The notes under the pieces were generated by a model that made no database searches, was not told the origin of the DNA, and saw only the letters and a list, made by a program, of their open reading frames with translations. A stretch of 64,000 bases of DNA from an uncultured Verrucomicrobiae bacterium (GTDB lineage Bacteria; Verrucomicrobiota; Verrucomicrobiia; Chthoniobacterales; UBA10450), in the NCBI GenBank assembly GCA_963756875.1, contig CAVWPA010000003.1:576001-640000 (forward strand), given 5' to 3'. The position numbers and the translations under genes were made by a program. Positions 8,417 to 18,898 of the stretch are shown piece after piece (the stretch's first letter is position 1; the number at the start of each line of letters is the position of its first letter).

Positions 8417-9670
8417 ATGGACATTCCCCGTCCTGATGTTGCTGCCAAAAAGCGCAAGCGCCGGATTATCACGATCGCCGCGGTCGCAGTCGGGGTCATT
8501 CTTGCCACGATTGGTTTGTCCCGGTTAAAGCCCGCTGTGCCGACGGTCGAGCGTTCGACAGTCTGGATCGATACGGTGAAGCGCGGTCCGATGGTGCGAC
8601 AGGTCCGCGGACTCGGGACGCTCGTTCCGGAAGAAATTCGGTGGATACCGGCGAATACAGAGGGGCGCGTGGAAAAAATTGTGGTGCGGCCGGGAGCGCA
8701 CGTGGAGCCGGACACGGTGATTCTGGAAATGAGCAGCCCGGAATTGGAACAGGCGGCACATGACGCCGAACTGCAATTAAAGGCCGCGGAATCAGAACTG
8801 GTCACTTTGCGTGCGACGCTGCAACGCGGGTTGCTCGACCAGGAAGCGACAACGGCCAAGGCCAAATCGGATTACGAACAGGCGAAGATGGAGCGCGAGA
8901 CCGATGACCAGCTGGCGAAGAACGGTCTGATCGCAGTGCTTCAATATAAAACGGCGCAAGTAAAGGAGGCCGAGCTGAAGAACCGGGAAGATATCGAGGA
9001 GAAGCGCCTCAGCTTTGCCCGGGACTCAATCGATCCACAGCTCGCATCCAAGCAGGCGGCGGTCGATCAAGCTCAGGAGCTGGCCAAGTTGAAGGCCGAC
9101 CAGGTGCAAGCGTTACACGTGCGCGCCGGCATGTCCGGAGTTTTACAGCAGTTGCCTGTTGACGTTGGGCAGCGAGTGAAAAGCGGTGACAATCTCGCCC
9201 GCGTTGCCGATCCAACAAAACTCAAGGCACAAATCAAGATCGCGGAAACGCAGGCCAAGGATATTCAGATAAGCCAGAAGGCCGTCATCGACACGCGAAA
9301 CGGAGTCGTGGATGGGCATGTGATTCGCGTGGACCCCGCGGTCGAACAGGGAACGGTCACTGTCGATGTTGCAATTGACGGCAAACTGCCCAAAGGGGCG
9401 CGCCCTGATTTGAGCGTCGACGGCACGATCGAGCTGGAACGTCTCAACGATGTCGTCTACGTCGGTCGCCCGGCTTTCGGACAGGAGAACAACACGGTCG
9501 GCATGTTCAAAATTGTCCCTGGCAGTAACGAAGCCGTTCGCACCCCGGTGAAACTGGGCAAGAGCTCGGTCAACACGATTGAAATTTTAAGCGGTCTCCA
9601 ACCAGGCGACCAGGTGATTTTATCCGACACCAGCGCGTGGGACTCCCACGAACGCATCCGACTCAATTAA
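8417..9670 (+). CDS. Periplasmic adaptor (MacA/HlyD-family membrane fusion protein)
   Basis: N-terminal TM, VKRGPMVRQVRGLGTLVP, lipoyl-like GRVEKIVVRPG, coiled hairpin, GLQPGDQVI; alternative start 8345. Confidence 0.9.
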   Translation: MDIPRPDVAAKKRKRRIITIAAVAVGVILATIGLSRLKPAVPTVERSTVWIDTVKRGPMVRQVRGLGTLVPEEIRWIPANTEGRVEKIVVRPGAHVEPDTVILEMSSPELEQAAHDAELQLKAAESELVTLRATLQRGLLDQEATTAKAKSDYEQAKMERETDDQLAKNGLIAVLQYKTAQVKEAELKNREDIEEKRLSFARDSIDPQLASKQAAVDQAQELAKLKADQVQALHVRAGMSGVLQQLPVDVGQRVKSGDNLARVADPTKLKAQIKIAETQAKDIQISQKAVIDTRNGVVDGHVIRVDPAVEQGTVTVDVAIDGKLPKGARPDLSVDGTIELERLNDVVYVGRPAFGQENNTVGMFKIVPGSNEAVRTPVKLGKSSVNTIEILSGLQPGDQVILSDTSAWDSHERIRLN

Positions 9671-9724
9671 TCGCGTCCAGTAACACCCAACTCACAATCA
9701 GAAACCAAAACCATCCATACCAAC

Positions 9725-10423
9725 ATGAACAACGGATCAACTCCTCTTATTCATCTCGAAAACGTCACCAAGGTTTTCCTAACGGACGAAGTGGAAACGC
9801 ACGCGCTTTCGGGGATTCACCTGGACATTCGCCCCGGCGAATATATTTCCATCGCCGGACCGTCCGGCTGCGGTAAATCGACGCTGTTGTCGATCCTCGG
9901 CCTGCTCGACGCGCCGTCGGACGGCAGTTATTCGCTCAAGGGCCACGAAGTCGCGAACCTTTCGTTTCCCGATCGCGCGCGCATTCGTAATCGAGAGATC
10001 GGTTTCATTTTTCAAAGTTTCAACCTCATCGGGGATCTGACCGTTTACGAGAACGTCGAGCTGCCGTTGACCTATCGCGGGATGTCCGCGGGCGAACGCA
10101 GGCAGTACGTGACGGAAGCGCTCGACCGCGTCGGAATGGGCCATCGGGCCAAACATTTGCCGAGCCAGCTTTCCGGCGGTCAGCAACAGCGCGTGGCTGT
10201 GGCCCGCGCGCTGGCGGGGAAGCCGGCAATTCTTCTGGCCGACGAGCCAACCGGCAATCTCGATTCGCGGAATGGCGAGGCCGTGATGGAGTTGTTGAAG
10301 GAACTGCACGCCGTCGGCGCGACGATCTGCATGGTCACACACGATGAGCGCTTTGCTCAGCATGCCGACCGCACAGTGCATTTGTTCGACGGTCGCGTGG
10401 TGGAGGACAGGATTGCAGCGTGA
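9725..10423 (+). CDS. ABC transporter ATP-binding protein (LolD/MacB-type)
   Basis: GPSGCGKS, LSGGQQQR, LLADEPTGNLD, VTHD. Confidence 0.95.
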   Translation: MNNGSTPLIHLENVTKVFLTDEVETHALSGIHLDIRPGEYISIAGPSGCGKSTLLSILGLLDAPSDGSYSLKGHEVANLSFPDRARIRNREIGFIFQSFNLIGDLTVYENVELPLTYRGMSAGERRQYVTEALDRVGMGHRAKHLPSQLSGGQQQRVAVARALAGKPAILLADEPTGNLDSRNGEAVMELLKELHAVGATICMVTHDERFAQHADRTVHLFDGRVVEDRIAA

Positions 10424-10438
10424 GAATTCCCGCCCCAC

Positions 10439-13027
10439 ATGATTCGGGATTTCAAATTTGCGCTGCGGCAGCTTTTTAAAGCACCGGCGTTTACGATTGC
10501 GGCGGTAATCGTGCTCGCGCTCGGGATCGGCGCGAACACCGCCGTTTTCAGCCTCGTAAATACGCTTTTCTTTGCTCCTCCCTCATACGCGAAGCCGCAT
10601 GAAATGGTGCAGCTCTTTTCTCAGAACAAGAAAAACCCCAAAACATTTCGCGGTTTCTCCTACCCCACGTACCAGGATATCCGCGCGCAAAATACGGTCT
10701 TCAGCGATGTGCTGAGCTTCAATCTGGCATTGGTCGGTTTGGGCCAGAAAGGCGACACGCGGCGCGCATTCGCCGCCATTGTCAGTTCAAATTACTTTTC
10801 GGTTCTTGGGGTGCCATTGGCGGGGGGCCGGGCGTTTTTGCCGGAAGAGGAAACGCCCGGTCGCAACGCGCCGGTCGCGATTGTCAGTTACAATTACTGG
10901 CAGAAGCACGATCTCGATCCGGCGGTACTCGGCTCGCAGTTGCTGATCAACGGCCAGCCGTTCACGATCGTCGGAATCGCCCCCAAAGGGTTCACCGGCA
11001 CGATGCAGGTTTTCTCGCCCGAGGTCTGGCTGCCACTCGGCGTTTACGATCAGATTCAGAACGATTTTGCTTCCGACAACCAAACGGGACTTGCGGATCG
11101 CAAAGGAACGCAATTGCTGATTTTGGGCCGGTTTAAGCCGGGGATGACCGCAGCAACCGCAAAGCCGGCGCTTGAAGGGTTGGCCGCGAACCTGGAGAAA
11201 ACGTATCCCGTCGAGCAAAAAAATCAGACGTTCATCACACGGCCCGTGTCGCGGAATTCGGTGAGCACGAATCCATCCCCCGCGGGCGGATTGAGCTCGA
11301 TTGCGCCGCTGCTCCTCGGAATGGCAATCGTGGTGCTGCTGGTGGCGTGCCTGAATCTTGCAAACATGCTGCTGGCGCGGGGCACGGCACGGCGCAAGGA
11401 AATCGCCATCCGGCTCGCGCTCGGCGGCAGCCGTCTATTGATCGTGCGCCAGCTGCTCATCGAAGGTTTTGTGCTGGCGTTGCTCGGCGGCATCGGGGGC
11501 CTTTTGATTGGACTTTGGTCGTCCGATCTGTTGGTTGGTTCGCTGCGCAGGCTGATGCCGCTCGACATGGTCTGGCTGAACGGGCCCAACCCCGCGGTGC
11601 TGGCGGCGACATTTGGATTTTGTTTGTTAGGCACTCTTCTCTTTGCGCTGGGGCCGGCGTTAAAAATTTCGCGCAGCACGGTGGCAGCCGACTTGAAGGA
11701 ACATGCCGGCGAGGATGTTGTCCGCCGCCGCTGGAAATTTCTCCCGCGCAACCTGCTCGTCGTCGTGCAGATCGCATTTTCCCTCGCGCTGCTTACCGCC
11801 GCAGCGTTGTTCATCCGTGGCGCGGGCAAAGCCGCGTCCGTCGATACCGGACTGAAACCCGGCGCAAGTTACCTTATGGAAGTCGATGCCAGCCTGGCCG
11901 GTTACGCCCCAAAGCGCGCAGAGGAACTTTATCAGCGTTTAAGCGAGCGACTCGCTGCGTTGCCGGGAGTGGAACACGTGAGCATCTCCACAACCGTTCC
12001 GTTCGGCATGATTTCGCTGGATCGGCATATCCAGCGCGCCGGATTCCGTCCCGGACCCGACGCCAAGCCGGCCACCGCTGCTGAAGGCCTCGCCTTTGAT
12101 GCGGACTGGGACAGCGTGGGCGCGGACTACTTCTCGACTGTCGGTTTGCCCGTGATTCGCGGTCGCGCATTTACCGAAGCCGAAGCAACGCAGCCTGGCC
12201 CGAAGGTGGCGATCATCGACGAAGTTCTGGCAAAGAAGCTTTGGCCGGACGGCGATGCTCTTGGACAACGCGTCCAGTATGCACGCGACAACGCGCCAGT
12301 GTCCCAGCGGGACGGATCGGCGGGGGTGGGAATGAATGCGGACCTTGGCGAAGACAAGAAAAAGGGCGAGACGATTGAAATCATCGGCATCGTGCCTGCG
12401 ACGCGACACCAATTATTCGAGAAAGACCCAGGCGGTGCGATTTATTTGCCATTTGCGCGCGGATTCCAAAGCGACGTTAACTTCTTCGTCCGATTTCGCC
12501 CGACCATTGCGAGAAATGAGGCTGCCACCGCCGACTTGTTACGACGCACTGTGCGTGAGGTTGATCCCGCGATCCCGATTCTTTCTTTAAAAACATTCGC
12601 GCGGCATCTCGATTCGAACCTGGAACTCTGGGTTGTACGCGCCGGGGCAACACTGTTTTCCATCTTTGGCGCACTCGCCCTTGGTCTGGCGGTCGTTGGT
12701 CTCTACGGCGTCAAAGCATATTCTGTTGCCCGTCGAACACGAGAGATCGGGATTCGCATGGCGCTGGGCGCGAAGCCGGCAGCGGTTTTGCGGCTGATTA
12801 TGACGGAGGGCTCCATCATGCTTTTGAGTGGCGTTGCGATCGGCCTTCTTCTGGCCATGGCAACCGGCAAGGTGCTTAGCGGAATGTTATACGAGGTCGG
12901 CGCGCTCGATCCCGTCGCCTTTACCGCCGCGCCTCTCGTGCTTGCCGCCGCAGCACTCGTCGCCACCTGGCTGCCGGCCCGTCGTGCGGCCGCGTTGAAT
13001 CCGATCGAAGCGCTTCGTTACGAATGA
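10439..13027 (+). CDS. ABC transporter permease, duplicated MacB/FtsX type (ADOP-like)
   Basis: DFKFALRQLFKAPAFT, ACLNLANMLLARG, EIGIRMALGA, NPIEALRYE. Confidence 0.92.
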   Translation: MIRDFKFALRQLFKAPAFTIAAVIVLALGIGANTAVFSLVNTLFFAPPSYAKPHEMVQLFSQNKKNPKTFRGFSYPTYQDIRAQNTVFSDVLSFNLALVGLGQKGDTRRAFAAIVSSNYFSVLGVPLAGGRAFLPEEETPGRNAPVAIVSYNYWQKHDLDPAVLGSQLLINGQPFTIVGIAPKGFTGTMQVFSPEVWLPLGVYDQIQNDFASDNQTGLADRKGTQLLILGRFKPGMTAATAKPALEGLAANLEKTYPVEQKNQTFITRPVSRNSVSTNPSPAGGLSSIAPLLLGMAIVVLLVACLNLANMLLARGTARRKEIAIRLALGGSRLLIVRQLLIEGFVLALLGGIGGLLIGLWSSDLLVGSLRRLMPLDMVWLNGPNPAVLAATFGFCLLGTLLFALGPALKISRSTVAADLKEHAGEDVVRRRWKFLPRNLLVVVQIAFSLALLTAAALFIRGAGKAASVDTGLKPGASYLMEVDASLAGYAPKRAEELYQRLSERLAALPGVEHVSISTTVPFGMISLDRHIQRAGFRPGPDAKPATAAEGLAFDADWDSVGADYFSTVGLPVIRGRAFTEAEATQPGPKVAIIDEVLAKKLWPDGDALGQRVQYARDNAPVSQRDGSAGVGMNADLGEDKKKGETIEIIGIVPATRHQLFEKDPGGAIYLPFARGFQSDVNFFVRFRPTIARNEAATADLLRRTVREVDPAIPILSLKTFARHLDSNLELWVVRAGATLFSIFGALALGLAVVGLYGVKAYSVARRTREIGIRMALGAKPAAVLRLIMTEGSIMLLSGVAIGLLLAMATGKVLSGMLYEVGALDPVAFTAAPLVLAAAALVATWLPARRAAALNPIEALRYE

Positions 13028-13050
13028 CCGGCTGAGATCGACATCGTTTT

Positions 13051-15528
13051 ATGCTGAACGAGATCAAGGTTGCGCTGCGCGGGTTGCTGAAAAGCCCGGG
13101 GTTCTGCGCAATTGCGATCGCCACACTGGCCCTGGCCATCGGCGCGAACAGCGCTGTCGTGAGCCTGGTCAATGCGCTGCTCGTTAGGCCATTGCCGTAC
13201 GAAAATCCCGCAAAACTGGTTTTGATCTGGGAACAGTTCAAGGCCCAGGGGCTGGAACGCATTCCGGTATCGGCGCCGGAGTACGTCGATCTTGAACATG
13301 AATTTGGAAAATGCGCGCAGCTCGCGGCCTTTGATTACCGTAGCTTCAACCTTGGCGGGGGAGGCAGGCCGGAGAGAATTTCCGGTGCCGCCGTGTCGCC
13401 GGCATTGTTTCCACTCCTCGGTGTGGAACCCGTTGCCGGGCGGACGTTTGCCCGGGAGGAACAAGGCCTGGGTCGCGACGACGTCGTTGTGATCGGCCAG
13501 CGGCTCTGGAAACGGCGATTCAACTCGGATCCGGATCTAATCGGCAAATCTCTGCTGCTCAACGGCCGCAGTTACACCGTGATCGGAGTAATGCCGGCAA
13601 GTTTTGAATTCCCGATTCCGCTTTTTGGCGTTCAAGGCAATCAATTCGCCGAACGCGTCGATATCTGGAAGCCCGTGGCGTTTACTCAAACCCAACTGAA
13701 GAATCGCGGGAATCGCAATTACGGCGTGATCGCCCGCTTGCGCGATGGAATGACGGTCAAGCGAGCGCAAGCGGAGCTCGACAGCTTGATTAGCAACTGG
13801 CGCCGCCAATACCCCGACAATTACGGAAGCGGAGAAAGTTTCGGGGCGAAGATTTATCCGTTGTCGGACCAGGTGATTGGAGGAATGCGGGTGGGCCTTG
13901 GGATCCTGCTTGGCGCGGTCGTGTTCGTTTTGCTTATTGCCTGCGCCAATATGGCGACAATGTTGTTGGCTCGTGCCAGCGCGCGCGAACGCGAACTGGC
14001 CATCCGTGTCGCCCTCGGCGCCGGCCAGTGGCGACTTTTGCGGCAAATGCTCACCGAAAGTGTTCTGCTCGCCGTCGGCGGCGGTATCGCAGGCGTGCTT
14101 CTTTCGCTTTGGGGAATTGAATTTTTGAAACGTGCCGGGGCGCGCACCGTGCCGCGTCTCGACCAAGTCGGCGTCGATCCCACCGTGCTCGTGGTAATGG
14201 CCGCCGTTGCTATTGGGACCGGAATTTTGTTCGGACTGCTTCCAGCTTTGGCGAGTTCGAAACCGGAGCTCACGGAAGCGCTAAAGGAAGGTGGCCGGGG
14301 TTCGAGTTCCGGCCCGCGCCGCAATCGCATCCGTAATACCCTGGTGGTTGCCGAAATCGCGCTCGCGCTCGTGCTGCTGATTAACGCGGGCCTCCTGATG
14401 AAGAGCTTTTCCCGGCTGCAGTCCGTCAATCCTGGGTTTAATCCGCACAACGTGCTGACAATGGAAATCTCGCTGCCGCAACTCAAGTATCCGTCGCCGG
14501 GAGCTTCTTATTTGGGAACGGGAACGACGATCAGCTTTTTTACCGAGGCAAACAGGCGCATCGCGAAACTGCCCGGCGTGGAAGCCAGCGCAGCAACAAA
14601 CGTTCTCCCGATGAGCGGGACGAACACCGATTCCTCCTTCGAAATTGAAGGACGCATTACCAGCGGCGGCGGCCCCGGTCCGGACGAGGAAATTCGAACG
14701 ATCACGCCCGACTATTTCCGCGTTCTGCAAACGCCGCTTTTGCAAGGGCGCTTCTTCAACGACGCGGACACGGCCGGTTCGCCGCCGGTGGTCATTGTGA
14801 ACCGCGCGCTGGCCCGAAAATATTTCCCGAACGGCAATGCCCTTGGGAAACACATCACGCTTGATGATCCGCGCCACAATCCACGATGGATCACAATTGT
14901 GGGCATTGTCGGCGACATCAGGCACCGCGGGCTTGATGTCGATCCACAACCGGAATATTACCTGCCGCACACGCAGATGCCCGCGCGCGGCATGATCCTT
15001 GTCGCGCGCAGCACCCAGGATCCCCGTTCGCTGGCCTCCGCGATTCGCCGCGAGATTCAATCAATCGACCCGGATGAGCCAGTCGCGAATATCCGCACAC
15101 TGGACGCCGTCGTTTCCGATTCTCTCGCGCCCCGCCGGCTGGCAGTGATGCTTCTCGGTGCGTTCGCAGCCATCGCGTTGTTGCTTTCGGCCGTCGGCAT
15201 CTATGGCGTGATTTCGTATCTGGTCGTGCAGCGCACTCACGAGATCGGTGTGCGCATGGCGCTGGGCGCACAGCGCCAAGATGTGCTCCGTCTCGTGGTC
15301 GGGCATGCCGCAAAACTTGTCGGAATCGGCACGGTCCTCGGGTTGATCCTCGCGCTTCTCTCCAGTCGGGTGGTGGCCACGTTGCTTTACGGCGTTGGCG
15401 CGTTCGATCCGGTGACAATCGCACTTTTCACCGTTGCGCTCATTTCGGTGGCGCTGCTGGCAAGTTACATCCCGGCCCTTCGCGCCACGCGGGCCGACCC
15501 CATGATCGCACTCAGTCACACCAACTAA
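13051..15528 (+). CDS. ABC transporter permease, duplicated MacB/FtsX type (ADOP-like)
   Basis: ALRGLLKSPGF, ACANMATMLLAR, EIGVRMALGA, ATRADPMIAL. Confidence 0.92.
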   Translation: MLNEIKVALRGLLKSPGFCAIAIATLALAIGANSAVVSLVNALLVRPLPYENPAKLVLIWEQFKAQGLERIPVSAPEYVDLEHEFGKCAQLAAFDYRSFNLGGGGRPERISGAAVSPALFPLLGVEPVAGRTFAREEQGLGRDDVVVIGQRLWKRRFNSDPDLIGKSLLLNGRSYTVIGVMPASFEFPIPLFGVQGNQFAERVDIWKPVAFTQTQLKNRGNRNYGVIARLRDGMTVKRAQAELDSLISNWRRQYPDNYGSGESFGAKIYPLSDQVIGGMRVGLGILLGAVVFVLLIACANMATMLLARASARERELAIRVALGAGQWRLLRQMLTESVLLAVGGGIAGVLLSLWGIEFLKRAGARTVPRLDQVGVDPTVLVVMAAVAIGTGILFGLLPALASSKPELTEALKEGGRGSSSGPRRNRIRNTLVVAEIALALVLLINAGLLMKSFSRLQSVNPGFNPHNVLTMEISLPQLKYPSPGASYLGTGTTISFFTEANRRIAKLPGVEASAATNVLPMSGTNTDSSFEIEGRITSGGGPGPDEEIRTITPDYFRVLQTPLLQGRFFNDADTAGSPPVVIVNRALARKYFPNGNALGKHITLDDPRHNPRWITIVGIVGDIRHRGLDVDPQPEYYLPHTQMPARGMILVARSTQDPRSLASAIRREIQSIDPDEPVANIRTLDAVVSDSLAPRRLAVMLLGAFAAIALLLSAVGIYGVISYLVVQRTHEIGVRMALGAQRQDVLRLVVGHAAKLVGIGTVLGLILALLSSRVVATLLYGVGAFDPVTIALFTVALISVALLASYIPALRATRADPMIALSHTN

Positions 15529-15529
15529 T

Positions 15530-16198
15530 ATGATCAAGCTGCGCCGAGTCGAACGTTTCCATCCGCTGGCCAAGGGGAAATTCTTTTATGTCCTGCGCGA
15601 CATCAACATCGACATCGAGGAAGGCGAATTCGTTTCCGTCATGGGGCCGTCCGGCGCCGGGAAATCGACGCTGCTCCACATCCTCGGAATGCACGACCAC
15701 GGTTGGAGCGGCGAGTATTTTCTGGGCGAAACGGCGGTCCATCCGCTCAAGGCAAAAGAGCGAGCAGCGCTGCGCAACGAGCAGATCGGATTTGTGTTTC
15801 AGCAATATCATCTGCTCGATGACCTCACCGTTTACGAAAATCTCGATATCCCGCTCTCGTATCGCAAGGTAGGCAAAAAGGAGCGGGAAAGCCTGGTCGC
15901 AGACACGCTGGACCGTTTTCAGATTGTCGGGAAAAAGGATCTGTATCCGAGTCAATTGTCCGGCGGACAGCAACAACTCGTCGGAGTAGCGCGCGCCATC
16001 ATCGCCAAGCCCAAACTTTTATTGGCTGACGAGCCGACTGGAAATCTCCACTCGAGCCAGGGCGAAGAGATCATGAATTTGTTCAAAAGATTGAACGCTG
16101 AAGGCACCACCATCGTGCAGGTGACCCATTCGGAAAAGAACGCCGCTTACGGCAACCGGATCATCCAATTGCGCGACGGCTGGATTGTGGAGAAGTAA
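15530..16198 (+). CDS. ABC transporter ATP-binding protein (LolD/MacB-type)
   Basis: GPSGAGKS, LSGGQQQ, LLADEPTGNL, VTHS. Confidence 0.95.
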   Translation: MIKLRRVERFHPLAKGKFFYVLRDINIDIEEGEFVSVMGPSGAGKSTLLHILGMHDHGWSGEYFLGETAVHPLKAKERAALRNEQIGFVFQQYHLLDDLTVYENLDIPLSYRKVGKKERESLVADTLDRFQIVGKKDLYPSQLSGGQQQLVGVARAIIAKPKLLLADEPTGNLHSSQGEEIMNLFKRLNAEGTTIVQVTHSEKNAAYGNRIIQLRDGWIVEK

Positions 16199-16214
16199 AG
16201 AAAGGACAAATCGT

Positions 16215-18720
16215 ATGATTCTCGATTCGTTTCGGCAGGATGTGCGGGTTGGTCTCCGTGTTTTGTTCAAGGAGAAATCGTTTTGTTTTCTGGCGGTGCT
16301 TGTTCTCGGTCTCGGAATCGGCGGCGCCACCACGCAGTTCACTGTGGTCAACGCCATTGCCCTGCGTGGCTTTTCCTTTCCGCATCCCGAGCAATTGGTC
16401 AGCGTGGGATTGATCGACCCCCAGGCCAACGCGCAAAATAATAATTTCGGTATCGGGACCATTCCAACGGCTCAGGATTACCTCGATTTGAAGGCCGCGC
16501 AGAAGTCGTTTTCGCAAATAGCCGGTTATTTGAGCGGATCGACCATTAACGTCACTTATAAAAATAACCCGCAGCGTTACACCGGCGCTTACGTTACCGA
16601 CGAAATATTCAAGATGATTGGCGTCGCGCCGGTCATGGGACGCGATTTCACTGCCGACGACAACAAGCCCGGCGCGGAAAAAGTGACAATTCTGGGTCAC
16701 GATATCTGGCAACGCGACTTTAACGGCGATCCCCACATCGTCGGCCAAAGCATTCGTATTAATGGAAAGCCCGCGACCATCATCGGCGTGATGCCGCCGA
16801 ACTTTAAATTCCCGTTTTCCGACGACCTTTGGGTGCCTCTTTTTAATGAGTATCCTCCAAAACCGCGCGGCGAACTGTTGATCGGCGCGAATAATGCCGC
16901 GCCCGCGGTGATCGGTCGTCTTAAACCGGGAGTGAGCATCGATCAGGCGAACGCTGAACTGGTGGGTCTGGCTCGTCGTTTGGCGCAGGAGTATCCGAAG
17001 ACGAATCAAAACTGGATTTCAGCCAGCGTGCAGCCGCTTCTTAACGCCATGGCGCCGATCCAATTGCGTCAGACCGTTTGGGCGATGCTGGCCGCTGTCG
17101 TTTTCGTTTTGCTCATCGCCTGCGTGAACGTGATGAACATGCAATTTGGCCGCACCGCTCTTCGGGCAAAGGAACTGGCGATTCGCGGCGCACTCGGCGC
17201 CACACGCTGGAGAATTGTCCGCCAGATGTTGACCGAGAGCCTGGTAGTCGCGGTGCTGGGGGCGGCCGTAGGCATTGTCATTGCCTACTGGGGCGTGGAT
17301 CTTTTTGTCCGCGCCACGAACGCGCTGCCTTTTCCGTTGCCGTACCTGGATTCGATTCAAAATTGACGGTCCCGTTCTCCTGTTCACCGTCGCGATCACC
17401 TTGGTGGCCACTGTCGCTTCCGGACTCGTCCCGGCATTGCTGAGCGCCCACGGCAACGCCGCTGCGATCATGAAGGAAGGCGGACGCGGAAATAGCAGCC
17501 GCCTGGTCAATATCATCACCCGCGTGCTTGTGGTCGGCCAGATCGCCTTGACCGCCGCCCTGCTGATTGCGGCCACGTTGCAAATCAAATCAATCCGAAA
17601 TCAAATGACCTTGAACTACGGCTACGACGAAAATGCCGTCTACACCGCGCGCATGGCCTTGATGGAAGGGGCTTACCCAACGCAGGACTCCAGACGGCAG
17701 TTTTTTCTTCGCGCGGTGCGGGCGCTGCGGGCGAACCCGCAATTCAGCGCTGCCGCCATGACGGATCGCTTTCGCATGACTTTTGCCGGGCAGGGCCAGT
17801 ATGAAGTCGACGGCCAAACGTACATGACCGACCGGGATCGGCCGCGCGGCAACTTCGAATCGGTTTCGGACGACTACTTTTCCACTCTCGGATTACGAAT
17901 TTTGGAAGGGCGCGACTTCACGGCCGACGACACCGACTCCAAACAGCCGGTGGCAATCGTGAACGCGAGTTTCGCGCATAAGTACTGGGGTAACCAAAGT
18001 CCCATCGGGCGGCAGATTCGAATCTACAATCCGGGCCAGCCGCAACCGTGGCGCACGATTGTTGGGGTGGTCCCGGATACTCTGATGCAGGGGCCGTTCG
18101 ACCAGCAAACCGATAATGCCGGCTTCTACATGCCGTTGCTCGGAGCCCAGCCGGCAACTCAATTTTGTACCATCGTGGTTCGTCCGCGCCCCGGCCAACG
18201 AGCGGACACGCTTGGACCCGCGTTGAGCAAGGCCGTTGCCGAGATCGATTCGAATTTGCCGACTTATTTCGCCGGGACACCGGCTCGCTTGCACGATGAA
18301 ATTCTGGCCGCAAGCCGCATTATCGCGACACTGTTCGGCATCTTCGGCGCGGTGGCATTCATTCTGTCCGCCGTCGGCCTCTACGGTGTGATGAGTTTTT
18401 CCGTCAACCAACGCACCCAGGAATTTGGCATTCGCATGGCTCTTGGTGCCGACGCCGCGCGAATTTTTCGCATGGTGATGAAGCAGGGCGCGTGGCAGTT
18501 GGTCATCGGACTGGTTCTGGGCGCGGGCGGCGCGGCACTGCTTCTCGGAGTGCTCGCCGCGGCTGCTTTGCAAAATATTCTTTTCAAGGTAAACGCGCTC
18601 GATCCCTTCATTTATTTCGCCGTCGCGGGATCGCTCACCGTCGTCGCAGCAGCCTCCTGTTTTGTTCCTGCGCGCCGCGCCACCCGCGTCGATCCCATTG
18701 TCGCGCTTCGCTATGAGTAA
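16215..18720 (+). CDS. ADOP-like ABC permease with one +1 frameshift at ~17345 (probable sequence error)
   Basis: ORFs 16185-17366 and 17275-18720 are the two halves. Removing one C in CCGTACCTGG gives ...PLPYWIRFKIDG...; ends DPIVALRYE. Confidence 0.85.
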
Positions 18721-18898
18721 ACTCCGGAGGTCCGGGTTATGAAGACTAACCCCGTTGCAGCCTTGCGATTCGAATAAGTTCCACTCGCCGGCAGTCCGGG
18801 TTAACTGAGGCGGACAGAGTAGATGCCCTGCTTACTCTTGCCACAGGTTCGGTGTGCGTTACCATCTTCATGGTACTTTTTGCAATGCCTCCCGAAAC

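Noticed and set aside
17340..17350. Frameshifts at ~17345, 29135, 37421, 39871 and 49935 as programmed frameshifting or phase variation
   Set aside because: Isolated 1-bp indels without slippery heptamers or long homopolymers, in unrelated and otherwise intact genes; sequencing consensus error is more parsimonious.
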